DNA of 64,000 nucleotides from Candidatus Hydrogenedens terephthalaticus JGI OTU-1. Lineage in GTDB: Bacteria; Hydrogenedentota; Hydrogenedentia; Hydrogenedentales; Hydrogenedentaceae. The position numbers were made by a program, and so were the translations under genes. This document shows, one piece after another, positions 16,484 to 28,538 of the stretch. Numbering within the stretch: position 1 is the stretch's first letter; the number at the start of each line of letters is the position of its first letter. The stretch covers positions 2,287 to 66,286 of the forward strand of contig AWNW01000013.1 of NCBI GenBank assembly GCA_000493945.1, written 5' to 3'. Under the pieces are notes generated by a model that searched no databases, was not told the DNA's origin, and saw nothing but the letters and a program-made list of their open reading frames with translations.

Positions 16484-17416
16484 ATGAAAGTATTTACAGA
16501 TAACAGTCAATCTATTGGGAATACCCCACTGATAAAAATAAATAAACTTAGTCAGGGGGCAAAAACTAAAAAAATCTTTGCAAAAATTGAAGGTAGAAAT
16601 CCGGGTTACTCCGTAAAATGTCGTATTGGCTCCGCAATGATATGGGACGCAGAAAATAAAGGTCTATTAAAACCCGGAGGAACCATTATAGAGCCTACAT
16701 CTGGCAACACAGGTATAGCCCTTGCATTTGTTTCTGCAGCACGGGGATATCGTCTTATTCTTACAATGCCAGAAACCATGAGCTTAGAACGCAGAGCAAT
16801 GTTAAAAGCATTTGGTGCGGATATCATTCTCACTCCTGGTGAGAAAGGAATGCGAGGAGCCATTGCAGAGGCTGAAAGAATTGCCAGTGAAAACCCAAAT
16901 TATTTCATGCCTCAACAATTTAAAAACCCTGCAAACCCATCCATACATTTCAGAACAACAGGACCCGAAATTTGGAATGACACAGATGGGACTGTAGATG
17001 TATTTGTAGCAGGTATAGGCACAGGTGGAACGATAACAGGAGTGAGTAAATACATTAAAGAAATATGTGGAAAAAAGATTATAAGTGTAGGTGTTGAACC
17101 TGCAGGCTCACCAGTCTTATCTGGTGGTTCTCCAGGACCTCACAAAATACAAGGAATTGGTGCTGGATTTAAACCCGATATTTTGGATTTAAATCTGGTA
17201 GACCGTATTGAAACGGTAACAGATGAAGAAGCCTTCGAGACAGCTCGACGATTGGCAAAAGAAGAAGGAATTATTGCGGGAATAAGTTCAGGTGCTGCTA
17301 TGGCTGTTGCTCTTCGATTAGCCAAAAAGGAAGAATTTGAAAATAAAACTTTCGTAGTTATTCTTCCGGATTCAGGAGAACGATATTTATCTACATCTTT
17401 ATTTAATGGACAATAA
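16484..17416 (+). CDS. cysK: Cysteine synthase A (O-acetylserine sulfhydrylase)
   Basis: PLP-Lys context NPGYSVKCR, the GNTGIALA loop and the GTGGT motif. A GGAGG RBS is present. Confidence 0.9.
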   Translation: MKVFTDNSQSIGNTPLIKINKLSQGAKTKKIFAKIEGRNPGYSVKCRIGSAMIWDAENKGLLKPGGTIIEPTSGNTGIALAFVSAARGYRLILTMPETMSLERRAMLKAFGADIILTPGEKGMRGAIAEAERIASENPNYFMPQQFKNPANPSIHFRTTGPEIWNDTDGTVDVFVAGIGTGGTITGVSKYIKEICGKKIISVGVEPAGSPVLSGGSPGPHKIQGIGAGFKPDILDLNLVDRIETVTDEEAFETARRLAKEEGIIAGISSGAAMAVALRLAKKEEFENKTFVVILPDSGERYLSTSLFNGQ

Positions 17417-17439
17417 AAAAATAAATCTAAAACAAATGA

Positions 17440-18747
<1,308 letters not shown>

Positions 18748-18767
18748 ATTTCAGGTAATATAGAGTT

Positions 18768-20567
18768 ATGGAAACAGGAAGTGTAGGAATCGTAGAAACG
18801 AAATATTATACCTTTGCCCACTCTCCGGAGTATCTCACTCTGGAGAGTGGTGCGAAATTAAGTCCGGTCACGATTGCATACGAAACCTATGGTGTTTTAT
18901 CTCCTAAAAAGGATAACGCCATCCTCGTATGCCATGCTCTATCGGGAGATGCTCATGCAGCAGGTTATCATAGCAAGGAAGATAACAAACCCGGATGGTG
19001 GGATCCCATGATAGGACCGGGAAAGGCACTCGATACAAACCAATATTTTGTTGTCTGTTCCAATACTTTAGGGGGATGCTCTGGCTCTACAGGACCTATG
19101 TCCATCAATCCCGAAACAGGACAGCCTTATGGCACGGATTTCCCCTTTGTAACCATAGGAGATATGGTCAATGCTCAATATGAACTAATGAAACACTTAG
19201 ATATTCCTCAATGGCTTTGTGTTATCGGTGGTTCTATGGGCGGTATGCAGGCTTTAGAATGGAGTGTCCGCTATCCAGAAAAAACAAAATCAACTGTAGT
19301 GATTTCCGCACCCCCTGTTAGTGAAACCCAACAAATTGCATTTCATGCAGTCGGTAGACATGCCATACTTTCAGACCCTAAATTTGCCAATAGTAAATAT
19401 TACCCATTGCCAGGTCCTACAAATGGATTGGCTGTTGCACGCATGCTATCCCACATTACTTACCTTTCTGATGATTCGATGAAAAATAAATTCGGACGAA
19501 AACTACAGAATGGCGAACAATTTCGTTATGATGTTAATAAAGAATTTTCTATAGAAAGTTATTTAGATTATCAGGGAGAAAAATTTGTTAATCGTTTTGA
19601 TGCTAATTCTTATCTGTATATAACAAAAGCCATTGATTACTTCGATATTTCACGAGGATATGATAACTTGGATGATGCTTTAAGTAGAGTCCAAGGGAAA
19701 ACTTTAGTAATATCATTCTCTTCAGATTGGCTATACCCTCCGGAAAAGTCAAGAGAAATTGTTTTTGCACTTGCACGACAAAAGAAAAATGTTAGTTACT
19801 GCAATATTCAATCCCCTTATGGACATGATTCTTTCCTTATTGATTATAAAAATATGACAGAACTCATCAGCGGCTTCCTAAAACATGTTTATTTCCCTGA
19901 TAGACCCTGTCCCAAATGTTTAGCCAATGATAGGCAGGAAAAAGTTGAACCGAAAAAAATCATACCTAACAGTATTTACTCGGGCTCACGAATTGACCTG
20001 GACTTGATAGTAAAACTAATAGAATATAATGCTCGGATTTTAGACCTCGGTTGTGGAGCAGGCACACTCTTATGTCGCCTTGACCGTGAAAAGAAAACCA
20101 ACGGTTTAGGTATTGAAATAAATCAGGAGAATGTTATTAGTGCCATTTCTTGTGGTTTACCGGTTATTCAAGCTGATATTGACGAAGGACTTTCTGAATT
20201 ACCCGACAACTGTTTTGACTATGTAATTTTGAGTATGACTTTGCAAGTTATAAAACGACCTGACCTTGTATTAAAAGAAATACTCCGCATAGGAAAAAGA
20301 GGAATAGTAAGTTTTCCTAACTTTGGACACTGGAAAGTGCGTTCGAATATTTTATTTAAAGGGGTCTCCCCGGTTACACCCAACCTACCTTACTCATGGT
20401 ATGAAAGCCCGAATAGACATTTCTTTACTTTAAAAGATTTTCGCACCCTTTGTAAGGAAATGAATATAAAAATAATTAAAGAAATATCCCTAAATTCTAA
20501 GGGTACCGTTCATTATTTAAAAAATCTCATAGCAGAAGAAGCTGTTTACATATTAGAAAAAGAATAA
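18768..20567 (+). CDS. metX: Homoserine O-acetyltransferase fused to MetW
   Basis: The N-terminal ~370 aa are MetX alpha/beta hydrolase with nucleophile elbow GGSMGG. The C-terminal ~200 aa are MetW-like (RILDLGCGAGTLL, SMTLQ). Confidence 0.85.
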   Translation: METGSVGIVETKYYTFAHSPEYLTLESGAKLSPVTIAYETYGVLSPKKDNAILVCHALSGDAHAAGYHSKEDNKPGWWDPMIGPGKALDTNQYFVVCSNTLGGCSGSTGPMSINPETGQPYGTDFPFVTIGDMVNAQYELMKHLDIPQWLCVIGGSMGGMQALEWSVRYPEKTKSTVVISAPPVSETQQIAFHAVGRHAILSDPKFANSKYYPLPGPTNGLAVARMLSHITYLSDDSMKNKFGRKLQNGEQFRYDVNKEFSIESYLDYQGEKFVNRFDANSYLYITKAIDYFDISRGYDNLDDALSRVQGKTLVISFSSDWLYPPEKSREIVFALARQKKNVSYCNIQSPYGHDSFLIDYKNMTELISGFLKHVYFPDRPCPKCLANDRQEKVEPKKIIPNSIYSGSRIDLDLIVKLIEYNARILDLGCGAGTLLCRLDREKKTNGLGIEINQENVISAISCGLPVIQADIDEGLSELPDNCFDYVILSMTLQVIKRPDLVLKEILRIGKRGIVSFPNFGHWKVRSNILFKGVSPVTPNLPYSWYESPNRHFFTLKDFRTLCKEMNIKIIKEISLNSKGTVHYLKNLIAEEAVYILEKE

Positions 20568-20636
20568 ACCTATCCTTTATAATTCATTCACTATTTTCTG
20601 TTACTTATTTTCCCCTTTTCTTATGGAGTTATTTCT

Positions 20637-22913
20637 ATGTTATTTGATTATGAATTAATAACACATGTTTTAAACAACTATCAAAATACATTAAAGGAAA
20701 TCCGAAATAAATTAAACCGTCCTTTAACTCTTACTGAAAAAATCCTGTATAGCCATGTATCTAACAAAGCCGATATTCGTGAAATTAAGAGAGGAGATGA
20801 ATATATTGAGTTCAATCCTGACAGAGTGGCTATGCAAGATGCTACAGCACAAATGGCATTACTGCAATTTATGCAAGCAGGTAGACCTAAAGTTGCAGTT
20901 CCTACTACCGTCCATTGTGACCATCTAATTCTGGCAGAAAAAGGAGCAACATCCGATTTACAAAAAGCACTAACGGATAACGAAGAAGTTTATAACTTTC
21001 TTTACAGCGTTTCCCAAAAATATGGGATAGGCTTTTGGAAACCGGGAGCAGGAATTATCCATCAAGTAATTTTAGAAAATTATGCTTTTCCCGGCGGAAT
21101 GATGATAGGAACTGATTCTCATACCCCTAATGCAGGTGGATTAGGAATGATAGCCATAGGTGTAGGTGGTGCTGATGCGGTGGATGTTATGGCAGGTCTT
21201 CCATGGGAATTGAAATTTCCAAAAATTCTTGGTGTTAAACTCACAGGTGAATTGAAAGGCTGGACTTCCCCTAAAGATGTAATACTAAAATTAGCCGGCA
21301 TTCTTACTGTTAAAGGAGGGACAGGGTATATTATTGAATATTTTGGACCTGGCACAGAAACTATTTCATGCACAGGGAAAGCAACCATCTGCAATATGGG
21401 TGCAGAAGTAGGGGCAACCTGTTCCATTTTCCCTTATGATAAACGGATGAAAGATTATTTAATTCAAACAGGTAGGGAAAAGGTTGCACAATTATGCGAA
21501 ACAGTAAGCAAAGAACTATGCCCGGATATGGATGTTGTATTAAATCCTGAAAACTATTACGACTCAGTAATAGAAATAGACCTATCTAATCTGGAACCAT
21601 ATCTAAATGGTCCATTCACACCTGATTTAGCCACTCCTATCTCCCAAATCAAAGAAAAGGCTATTGCTAATAACTGGCCTCTCAAAGTAGAAGTAGGACT
21701 AATAGGTTCATGCACAAATTCATCTTATGAAGATTTAAGCAGATCAGCATCTATTGCACGACAGGCAGTATCCAAAAAATTAAAGGCAAAAGCAGAATTT
21801 ATAATAACTCCCGGGTCTGAACAAATATATGAAACAATTGAAAGAGACGGCATACTTAAAGACTTTGAGAACATAAATGGCGTTGTTCTTGCTAATGCAT
21901 GTGGTCCTTGCATTGGTCAATGGGCAAGACATCGCTACGGTCCCGATGATGAACCGAATACAATTGTAACTTCGTTTAATAGAAATTTTGCAAAAAGGAA
22001 TGATGGTAATCCCAAAACACATGCTTTTGTATCTTCTCCGGAAATAGTAACAGCGTTAGTTTTATCCGGAGATATTACATTTAACCCATTAACCGACAAA
22101 TTAATTAATGAAGAAGGGGTCGAAGTGATGTTAGACCCTCCTGTAGGTGACGAATTTCCAAAAAACGGTTTTACATGTAGTAACTCTGGTTATGTTCCAC
22201 CTGCAGAACAATCTCAAAACTTAAATGTAGATGTGCGTGCTGATTCTCAACGATTACAATTATTAGAACCATTTCCTCCAAATAATGGAGACCTTATAGG
22301 TTTATATCTTCTACTAAAAATCAAAGGAAAATGTACAACAGACCACATATCCCCTGCAGGACCGTGGTTAAAATATCGAGGACATCTTGATAATATCTCT
22401 AATAACTGTTTCATGGGTGCTATTAACGCATTCAATAACAAATCAAATTCTGTAAAAAACTTGGTTACATGTGAATATGGAACTGTATCGCAGGTCCAAC
22501 GCTTTTATAAACAAAAAGGGATAGGAACCATTGTAGTTGGTGATGAAAATTATGGAGAAGGGTCATCCCGCGAACATGCAGCCATGGAACCGAGATATTT
22601 AGGAGTAAAGGCTATCCTCGTTCGTAGTTTTGCTCGCATCCATGAAACAAACCTAAAAAAACAGGGTATTCTTGCCCTAACTTTTGCAGACCCTAAAGAC
22701 TATGATAAAATTCAAGAAGAGGATAAAATTGACATATTAGGTCTCGATAACTTTTCTCCGCAGAAACCGCTAACCGTTGTTATTCATCACACAGACGGAA
22801 CAAAAGAAACTATATTAGCCAACCATTCCTACAACGCCACACAAATTGAATGGTACAAAGCCGGTGGTGCATTGAACATCATAAGAAACCAATTTTCAAA
22901 AAAAGAAATGTGA
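20637..22913 (+). CDS. acn: Aconitate hydratase, short mitochondrial-type
   Basis: The length is 758 aa. Cluster-ligand regions are [18 protein letters not shown] and NACGPCIG. Confidence 0.9.
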   Translation: MLFDYELITHVLNNYQNTLKEIRNKLNRPLTLTEKILYSHVSNKADIREIKRGDEYIEFNPDRVAMQDATAQMALLQFMQAGRPKVAVPTTVHCDHLILAEKGATSDLQKALTDNEEVYNFLYSVSQKYGIGFWKPGAGIIHQVILENYAFPGGMMIGTDSHTPNAGGLGMIAIGVGGADAVDVMAGLPWELKFPKILGVKLTGELKGWTSPKDVILKLAGILTVKGGTGYIIEYFGPGTETISCTGKATICNMGAEVGATCSIFPYDKRMKDYLIQTGREKVAQLCETVSKELCPDMDVVLNPENYYDSVIEIDLSNLEPYLNGPFTPDLATPISQIKEKAIANNWPLKVEVGLIGSCTNSSYEDLSRSASIARQAVSKKLKAKAEFIITPGSEQIYETIERDGILKDFENINGVVLANACGPCIGQWARHRYGPDDEPNTIVTSFNRNFAKRNDGNPKTHAFVSSPEIVTALVLSGDITFNPLTDKLINEEGVEVMLDPPVGDEFPKNGFTCSNSGYVPPAEQSQNLNVDVRADSQRLQLLEPFPPNNGDLIGLYLLLKIKGKCTTDHISPAGPWLKYRGHLDNISNNCFMGAINAFNNKSNSVKNLVTCEYGTVSQVQRFYKQKGIGTIVVGDENYGEGSSREHAAMEPRYLGVKAILVRSFARIHETNLKKQGILALTFADPKDYDKIQEEDKIDILGLDNFSPQKPLTVVIHHTDGTKETILANHSYNATQIEWYKAGGALNIIRNQFSKKEM

Positions 22914-23177
22914 TTATAAAAGAACAATTTATCTTATTTGTGTTTTATAATTTATTTAGGATTTATCATCAAAGAAGTGGTAATAAATTTTAAATAAGAA
23001 TAAGAAAATGAAAACTGACAACAGTGGAAGTATGTTTTCTTTCATTTTTTAAGCGTATATCTTACCCCCTTAACTTATCTCTTATCCTCATCGTATCTCT
23101 CTCATATATCCCATTCGTCCTATCTGTCTCATTCGTCTCATATCTTCGCAATAACTATCAACTAACATTTACCTTCC

Positions 23178-23217
23178 AAAAAATTAGCTCTTGTTGCATC
23201 TTCATACAACAAGGGCT
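23178..23217 (-). terminator. Intrinsic terminator downstream of pntB
   Basis: An 11-bp stem, agctcttgttg (23186-23196) with caacaagggct (23207-23217), contains one G-U pair. A6 at 23178-23183 forms the minus-strand T-run. Confidence 0.5.
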
Positions 23218-23241
23218 ATAAAGATACTACAACAGTTTGTA

Positions 23242-24663
23242 TTACTCTTGTGCTTCTTTGAACTGATTTATAATGGCTGTCAATGTCTGTTTAGCATCTC
23301 CGAAAATCATTCGTGTATTCTCTTTGAAAAATAGCGGATTTTCAACACCGGAGAAACCTGACGCAAGAGAACGCTTCAAGACGAAACAGGTTTTAGCGTA
23401 ATCTACATTAATAATAGGCATTCCGTAGATAGCACTCTTGGGGTCTTCTCTGGCGGACGGATTTACAACATCATTCGCACCAACGACAATACAAACATCT
23501 ACTGTGTCAATAATCGGATTAATATCGTCCATCTCCAACAATTGGTCATAAGGCACATTGGCTTCTGCTAACAAGACATTCATGTGTCCTGGCATACGAC
23601 CTGCAACAGGGTGAATGGCATATTTTACTTCTGCCCCATTTTTTTCTAATAAGTCTGCCAGTTCCTTTACTACATGTTGAGCCTGCGCAACTGCCATACC
23701 ATAACCGGGCACAAATACAACGGAACGCGCCGCTTCTAATACGAAATAGGCATCTTCTGGTGTCAACGCTTTCACTTCACCCGTCACAGAAGTGCTAACG
23801 GCTCCTTCTGATGAACCAAAGCCACTGAATAACACATTAGCAAGGGAACGATTCATTGCTTTACACATAATTGCTGTAAGGATAATACCACTTGCACCGA
23901 CTAATGACCCTGCTACAATTAACACTGTATTATTTAATACAAAACCGGATGCACATGCTGCCATACCGGAATAACTATTTAATAAACATATAACAACAGG
24001 CATATCCGCACCCCCAATAGGGATGGTAACTAAAATACCCAGTATATTTGCTAATATCATTAACAATATAAGTACAGGATATATTATGGAACTGTTAGGA
24101 CTTGCAAAGAAAAGAACTCCTATTAAAATAGCCAATCCCAATACGATAGCGTTTACTAACTGCTGTCCCTTAAATAGGATTGGTTTTCCCTGGATTTTTT
24201 CTTCTAACTTTGCATAAGCAACCATACTTCCTGAGAAGGTAACTCCACCAATCAACATAGCCAGATAAGTGGCAAGTATTAATACTATATTTTCAAGACT
24301 GTATGCCCCATAACCTTTTCCAGTATATGTAACATGAAAATCAGACCAACCGACTAACATACTGGCAAGTCCACCTGTTCCATTAAAAAATGCAACGAAT
24401 CCGGGCATGGAAGTCATCGGGACTTTTATCGCAGCTATGGCTCCAATAACGCTTCCAATAAGCCCGCCGATTATTATCCACTCATAGGATTTAATTACTG
24501 GATTGACAAGTGTAATAGCAATAGCAAGGCACATCCCTAATCCAGAAATGATGTTTCCTTTAATGGCGGTTGTTGGTTTACTGAGCATTTTCAGACCCAG
24601 AATAAAGGTAACCGCCGATACCATATAGGCGACTTCAATTAATATTTTAATAGTTTCGTTCAC
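23242..24663 (-). CDS. pntB: NAD(P) transhydrogenase subunit beta
   Basis: A polytopic N-terminal half is followed by a C-terminal NADP(H) domain III with GYGMAVAQAQ. Confidence 0.9.
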   Translation of the reverse strand: MNETIKILIEVAYMVSAVTFILGLKMLSKPTTAIKGNIISGLGMCLAIAITLVNPVIKSYEWIIIGGLIGSVIGAIAAIKVPMTSMPGFVAFFNGTGGLASMLVGWSDFHVTYTGKGYGAYSLENIVLILATYLAMLIGGVTFSGSMVAYAKLEEKIQGKPILFKGQQLVNAIVLGLAILIGVLFFASPNSSIIYPVLILLMILANILGILVTIPIGGADMPVVICLLNSYSGMAACASGFVLNNTVLIVAGSLVGASGIILTAIMCKAMNRSLANVLFSGFGSSEGAVSTSVTGEVKALTPEDAYFVLEAARSVVFVPGYGMAVAQAQHVVKELADLLEKNGAEVKYAIHPVAGRMPGHMNVLLAEANVPYDQLLEMDDINPIIDTVDVCIVVGANDVVNPSAREDPKSAIYGMPIINVDYAKTCFVLKRSLASGFSGVENPLFFKENTRMIFGDAKQTLTAIINQFKEAQE

Positions 24664-24665
24664 GG

Positions 24666-25157
24666 TTACTTCCTTTCCTTCCCTTTAAACATTCTTAACA
24701 TTCTGTCTGTAACAAGATAACCACCTGCAACATTTATCATGGCGCAAATCATTGCGATTACACCGATACCTATCAATAACCACGAATCTCTCCCCTGTCC
24801 CGCGGCTAAGCATGCACCTACGACTGTGATTCCCGATATAGCATTAGACCCGGACATCAGGGGCGTATGAAGTTGTGATGGCACTTTAGTCAAAATTTCT
24901 ACTCCAAGAAATACCGCTATCAAGAAAGTAAACAAAAGTAATGTCATGGGGTTCAAAGTCCTACTGCTGGGCAACGATTGTTCTGTTGCACATTCCGTTG
25001 CTACAACTGCAGGTATTGTCGGAGCCCCTGCATTACTATCCGCTTTCACTTTTGGAAAACTCCCCAACAATAAAAGGGATAGGATAGATACAAACACCAC
25101 CAAACTTACCCATCCCATCAGAGGAATTTTATTTAGTTTTACTATCCTTCTTTTCAT
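24666..25157 (-). CDS. pntAB: NAD(P) transhydrogenase subunit alpha part 2 (membrane)
   Basis: The LHTPLMSGSNAISGI motif is present, with about 4 predicted TM helices. It lies 2 nt downstream of pntAA. Confidence 0.8.
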   Translation of the reverse strand: MKRRIVKLNKIPLMGWVSLVVFVSILSLLLLGSFPKVKADSNAGAPTIPAVVATECATEQSLPSSRTLNPMTLLLFTFLIAVFLGVEILTKVPSQLHTPLMSGSNAISGITVVGACLAAGQGRDSWLLIGIGVIAMICAMINVAGGYLVTDRMLRMFKGKERK

Positions 25158-25159
25158 TG

Positions 25160-26287
25160 TTAACTCCTTGCCTTTTGTATTAATTCATTTCTTAATTTAC
25201 CTTCGTGAATTATCAAACAACCATTTAAGATTTCATCTTCTAATTTATAATTAAAAGATTTTGTTTCCTTATTCCAGAAATGTTCTATCAAATTTCCTAA
25301 ATTTGCGGAATACATTTGACTGGCATGCACTGCTACGCGTCCCGGAAAATTCTCCGCTCCAATGACAATCACATTATCTATAATCACTTCTTCGCCGGGT
25401 TTTGAACCTTCTACATTTCCTCCGGTTTCAGCAGCAAGGTCTACTATAACACTACCCGGTCGCATCGCTTTTATCATATCATTGGTAACCAGTAGTGGAG
25501 CCTTTTTACCAAATACCTGTGCTGTTGTTATAACGACATCGGATTGGGCAATAACTTTTTTCATCCCTTCCCGTTGTTTTTGTTTCTGTTCTTCCGTAAG
25601 TTCCAGAGCATAACCATCTTTTGTCTGCCCGGTTGGTCCCACATCAATTTTTACGAATTTTGCCCCTAACGATAAAACCTGTTCTTCTACTACAGGCCTT
25701 GTATCAAATGCTTCAACACGGGCACCTAATCTTTTGGCTGTGGCTATTGCTTGTAAGCCGGCAACACCGCAACCAATAATAAAAATACGAATGGGTTTTA
25801 AAGTCCCTGCAGGGGTCATCATCATGGGAAAGACCATAGGTAATCTATTCGCAGCAACTACAACAGCCACATAACCCGCTAAATTTGCCTGTGAACTCAA
25901 AGCATCCATCTTCTGGGCTAATGTTGTTCGTGGAATCATTTCCATAGATATTGCGTTAACTTCATTCTTAATAAATTCATCTTGTATAGCAAAATCAAAG
26001 AAAGGTTCTAAATAACTAATATGCAGAGAACCCTTTTTTTGTAATTTTATTTCTTCAATAGGAGGCTTTCTTAATCGTAAAACAATATCTGCATTTTTTA
26101 ATCCTTCCTCGCGTGATACAACCTTTGCACCTGCTTCTGTGTACTGTTCATTTGAATAACCACAACTCCACCCCATATCGGACTCAATACACACTTCGGC
26201 TCCTAACTTGACTAATTTTTTTACCGTATCAGGAACTATTGGTATTCGAGATTCTTTGGGGTAAACTTCCTTAGGAATAAAAATCAT
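25160..26287 (-). CDS. pntAA: NAD(P) transhydrogenase subunit alpha part 1 (alanine-dehydrogenase-like domain I)
   Basis: Rossmann segment IIGCGVAGLQAIATA, in a split three-gene pnt arrangement. Confidence 0.9.
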   Translation of the reverse strand: MIFIPKEVYPKESRIPIVPDTVKKLVKLGAEVCIESDMGWSCGYSNEQYTEAGAKVVSREEGLKNADIVLRLRKPPIEEIKLQKKGSLHISYLEPFFDFAIQDEFIKNEVNAISMEMIPRTTLAQKMDALSSQANLAGYVAVVVAANRLPMVFPMMMTPAGTLKPIRIFIIGCGVAGLQAIATAKRLGARVEAFDTRPVVEEQVLSLGAKFVKIDVGPTGQTKDGYALELTEEQKQKQREGMKKVIAQSDVVITTAQVFGKKAPLLVTNDMIKAMRPGSVIVDLAAETGGNVEGSKPGEEVIIDNVIVIGAENFPGRVAVHASQMYSANLGNLIEHFWNKETKSFNYKLEDEILNGCLIIHEGKLRNELIQKARS

Positions 26288-26669
26288 AAAAATACCCTCT
26301 CAATCATTTAATTATTCATTTTGAAAAGCAATGGACTTCACAAAATCAAGAGATAGTATAAAAAATGACTACAAAAATATTCAAATTTTAAACTTATTCT
26401 GCATATTCTATCACTCTACTTACCATTAATTAGTTTTTTATTTTTACCCTTTAATATAGAATAAAAAATTTTTTATTTATTAAACATATATAAAAAATGT
26501 ATGAGAAAAAAATACCTCAAGATAACAGTCTAAAATAATTTTGTTTCAATATTTAATATCCGGTTAGATCATTAATTTTTGATAAAACTATTTTTATCTG
26601 AAGAATTACTATATTTTCTTTGTGAAATAGATAAAAATTTCCTCGTGGTTAAAATTTTTAAAATAATAC

Positions 26670-26699
26670 TTGACAAACCACTATATATTGTGCTACTAT
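26670..26699 (+). promoter_or_regulatory. Sigma70-like promoter candidate in the long spacer
   Basis: TTGACA (26670-26675), an 18-nt spacer, then TACTAT (26694-26699). These are the same hexamers as the 16164 promoter candidate. Confidence 0.35.
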
Positions 26700-26826
26700 A
26701 TATTTGGTGTTTGGGAATTGCGTATGCCCGATTCCTCAGACCAGCCCAAAACTTCAATATAAATGTTGAATATGAATTTTCCTCTTGCGCCTACAGAGCA
26801 ATTTCTCAGACACCCCCCGCAAATAT

Positions 26827-26866
26827 AGCGGCAGGAAAGCCCAAGCCTGCCGCTCCTCCCTTTTAT
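26827..26866 (+). terminator. GC-rich hairpin with a downstream T-run (terminator-like)
   Basis: A 9-bp stem, agcggcagg (26827-26835) with cctgccgct (26846-26854), has a 10-nt loop. It is followed by cctccc and then TTTTATT. The T-run is offset 6 nt from the stem, so this is not a textbook terminator. Confidence 0.4.
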
Positions 26867-26944
26867 TAATCATTTCTTTTTATTATCCATGCTTGTGTTT
26901 TATAATTTATTATTCTTTTACTATTAATAAAATGTAATAACGAT

Positions 26945-27751
26945 ATGACTATACAACTACCCACAGGTTATAAAATACTTTCGAATAATATCGGTCATGC
27001 AATTTTAAGAGAAGACCTATCTTCTGATTTATTTGACATACTATCTGGATTACTTTCTAATTCTATATCTAACCAACTAATACCTTTATCAGGTGGTCGA
27101 AACAAAATTTTTTTATTCAAATCAACAACAAACCCTTCTGTTCTTATAAAGCAATATTCCCATGGTGGTATTTTCGGAAAAATTTTACCTAAGTATTATT
27201 TTTTTTCAAATCGTTTTTTGCATGAATTTTCCATTTATGTAGAAATATTAAAAAATAATTTGCCGATTCCAGAATATCTTGGTGGATTTTGGTCAAAAAA
27301 ATTTGGGGTTTATAGGTGTGGAATAATTATTGAATACATTCCAGACACACATACTTTAGAAGAATTTTTAAACAATAATTTTTTCTCTATTGAGGAAAAA
27401 TACGACATGCTAATTAAATGTGGAAAAATTATAAAGAATATGCACGATATTGGAATTTTTCATAATGATTTACAAATAAGGAATTTATTAATTGATTCTA
27501 AAAACAAATCTGTCTTTTTAATTGATTTTGATAATGCAAAAAAAATATTCACATTGAATAATTATTACCGTTCCCAAAATTTGTTAAGATTAAAACGATC
27601 TTTTCTAAAAAGAGGTATTAGCCCTGACTTCTTTAATATTTTATTAAAAGGTTATGACATTTCAAATCTCTCTTTTTGTGCAAAACTACTTTCATATCCA
27701 CATATACAATGGGTGAATTATAAACATCGTTATATCAATAAAAATAGTTAG
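26945..27751 (+). CDS. Lipopolysaccharide kinase (Kdo/WaaP) family protein
   Basis: Catalytic-loop-like HNDLQIRNLLI and the Mg-binding-like FLIDFDNA. Confidence 0.65.
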   Translation: MTIQLPTGYKILSNNIGHAILREDLSSDLFDILSGLLSNSISNQLIPLSGGRNKIFLFKSTTNPSVLIKQYSHGGIFGKILPKYYFFSNRFLHEFSIYVEILKNNLPIPEYLGGFWSKKFGVYRCGIIIEYIPDTHTLEEFLNNNFFSIEEKYDMLIKCGKIIKNMHDIGIFHNDLQIRNLLIDSKNKSVFLIDFDNAKKIFTLNNYYRSQNLLRLKRSFLKRGISPDFFNILLKGYDISNLSFCAKLLSYPHIQWVNYKHRYINKNS

Positions 27752-27757
27752 TTAACA

Positions 27758-28519
27758 ATGAAATACAAATGCAATTCACAATATAGAATCTGGTCAAACG
27801 AAGAAAATTTTGACCCGGATATTTTTTTATCTGAAATATTCATCACTGGTAAAATATTAAAAAAAACATTAAAAACTTCTTCTTTTCAATGGCGTTCTTA
27901 TTTTGTAAAAAAAACGAACTATCCTATTTTTGAGGGGATATTTAGACATTTATTTTTATCCAATCGTTGTAGGAATGCATGGAATATAAGTAATTATTTA
28001 ATACATTCACATATACCAACCCCAAAACCTATCGCATATCTTGAAATGTTAAACTTTTCATTACCTTATCAACATTTTTTCTTATCTGAATATCTTTATG
28101 ATAGTTACAATGTCGAAATATTTATTAAAGATAACATATATTCAAAGAAAGGAATAACATTAGATACTTTCTTCAATACAATGAAAAAATTTCTTGTGTT
28201 TTTGTGGGAAAAAGGGATATATCATAAAGATTTGTCTGGTAAAAACCTACTTACAGTAGATGGAAAAAATATATATTTAATAGATTTAGACTCTACCTAT
28301 TTGATAAATCGTTTTACGATAAAATATAAAATAAGGAACCTAATACAGATTTACGATTCCTTTTGTGATTTTGTTGATGAAGAAATATTAAAAGATTTAA
28401 TCTTTACAGTGCTAAGTGATTCATCATCAAACGAATTAACTACAATCTATAATAAAATAAAACAACTCCAAAAACAACGGAGAACACAACATTTAAGGAA
28501 TGTATATAGTCATAAATAG
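27758..28519 (+). CDS. Lipopolysaccharide kinase (Kdo/WaaP) family protein, tandem paralog
   Basis: YHKDLSGKNLL and YLIDLDS motifs. It starts 6 nt after the upstream paralog. Confidence 0.6.
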   Translation: MKYKCNSQYRIWSNEENFDPDIFLSEIFITGKILKKTLKTSSFQWRSYFVKKTNYPIFEGIFRHLFLSNRCRNAWNISNYLIHSHIPTPKPIAYLEMLNFSLPYQHFFLSEYLYDSYNVEIFIKDNIYSKKGITLDTFFNTMKKFLVFLWEKGIYHKDLSGKNLLTVDGKNIYLIDLDSTYLINRFTIKYKIRNLIQIYDSFCDFVDEEILKDLIFTVLSDSSSNELTTIYNKIKQLQKQRRTQHLRNVYSHK

Positions 28520-28538
28520 AAAAGGATAATTTATCATA

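Noticed and set aside
23024-23221. A 65-aa ORF and a G-poor, pyrimidine-rich tract (~23057-23150, with CATTCGTC repeated twice) between the convergent acn and pntB genes
   Set aside because: The ORF is a by-product of the CT-rich composition, giving a Ser/Leu/Ile/Phe-rich peptide with no RBS. I could not link the tract to any known element. The only supported feature nearby is the pntB terminator hairpin.
26700-26866. Possible cobalamin riboswitch (GGGAA, CCCCCCGCAAAU and AAGCCCAAGCCUGCC elements)
   Set aside because: The resemblance is partial. The GGGAA sits inside a GGAAU/AUUCC hairpin rather than a junction. The GGUGxxAAUCC hairpin is not evident. The downstream genes (LPS-type kinases) are not a typical B12 regulon. 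It is kept only as one hypothesis to test with an Rfam scan.
26572-26869. ORFs 26572..26757 (-) and 26579..26869 (+) in the long spacer
   Set aside because: They are AT-rich and low-complexity translations with no RBS and no recognisable domain. The region is better explained as regulatory or non-coding.
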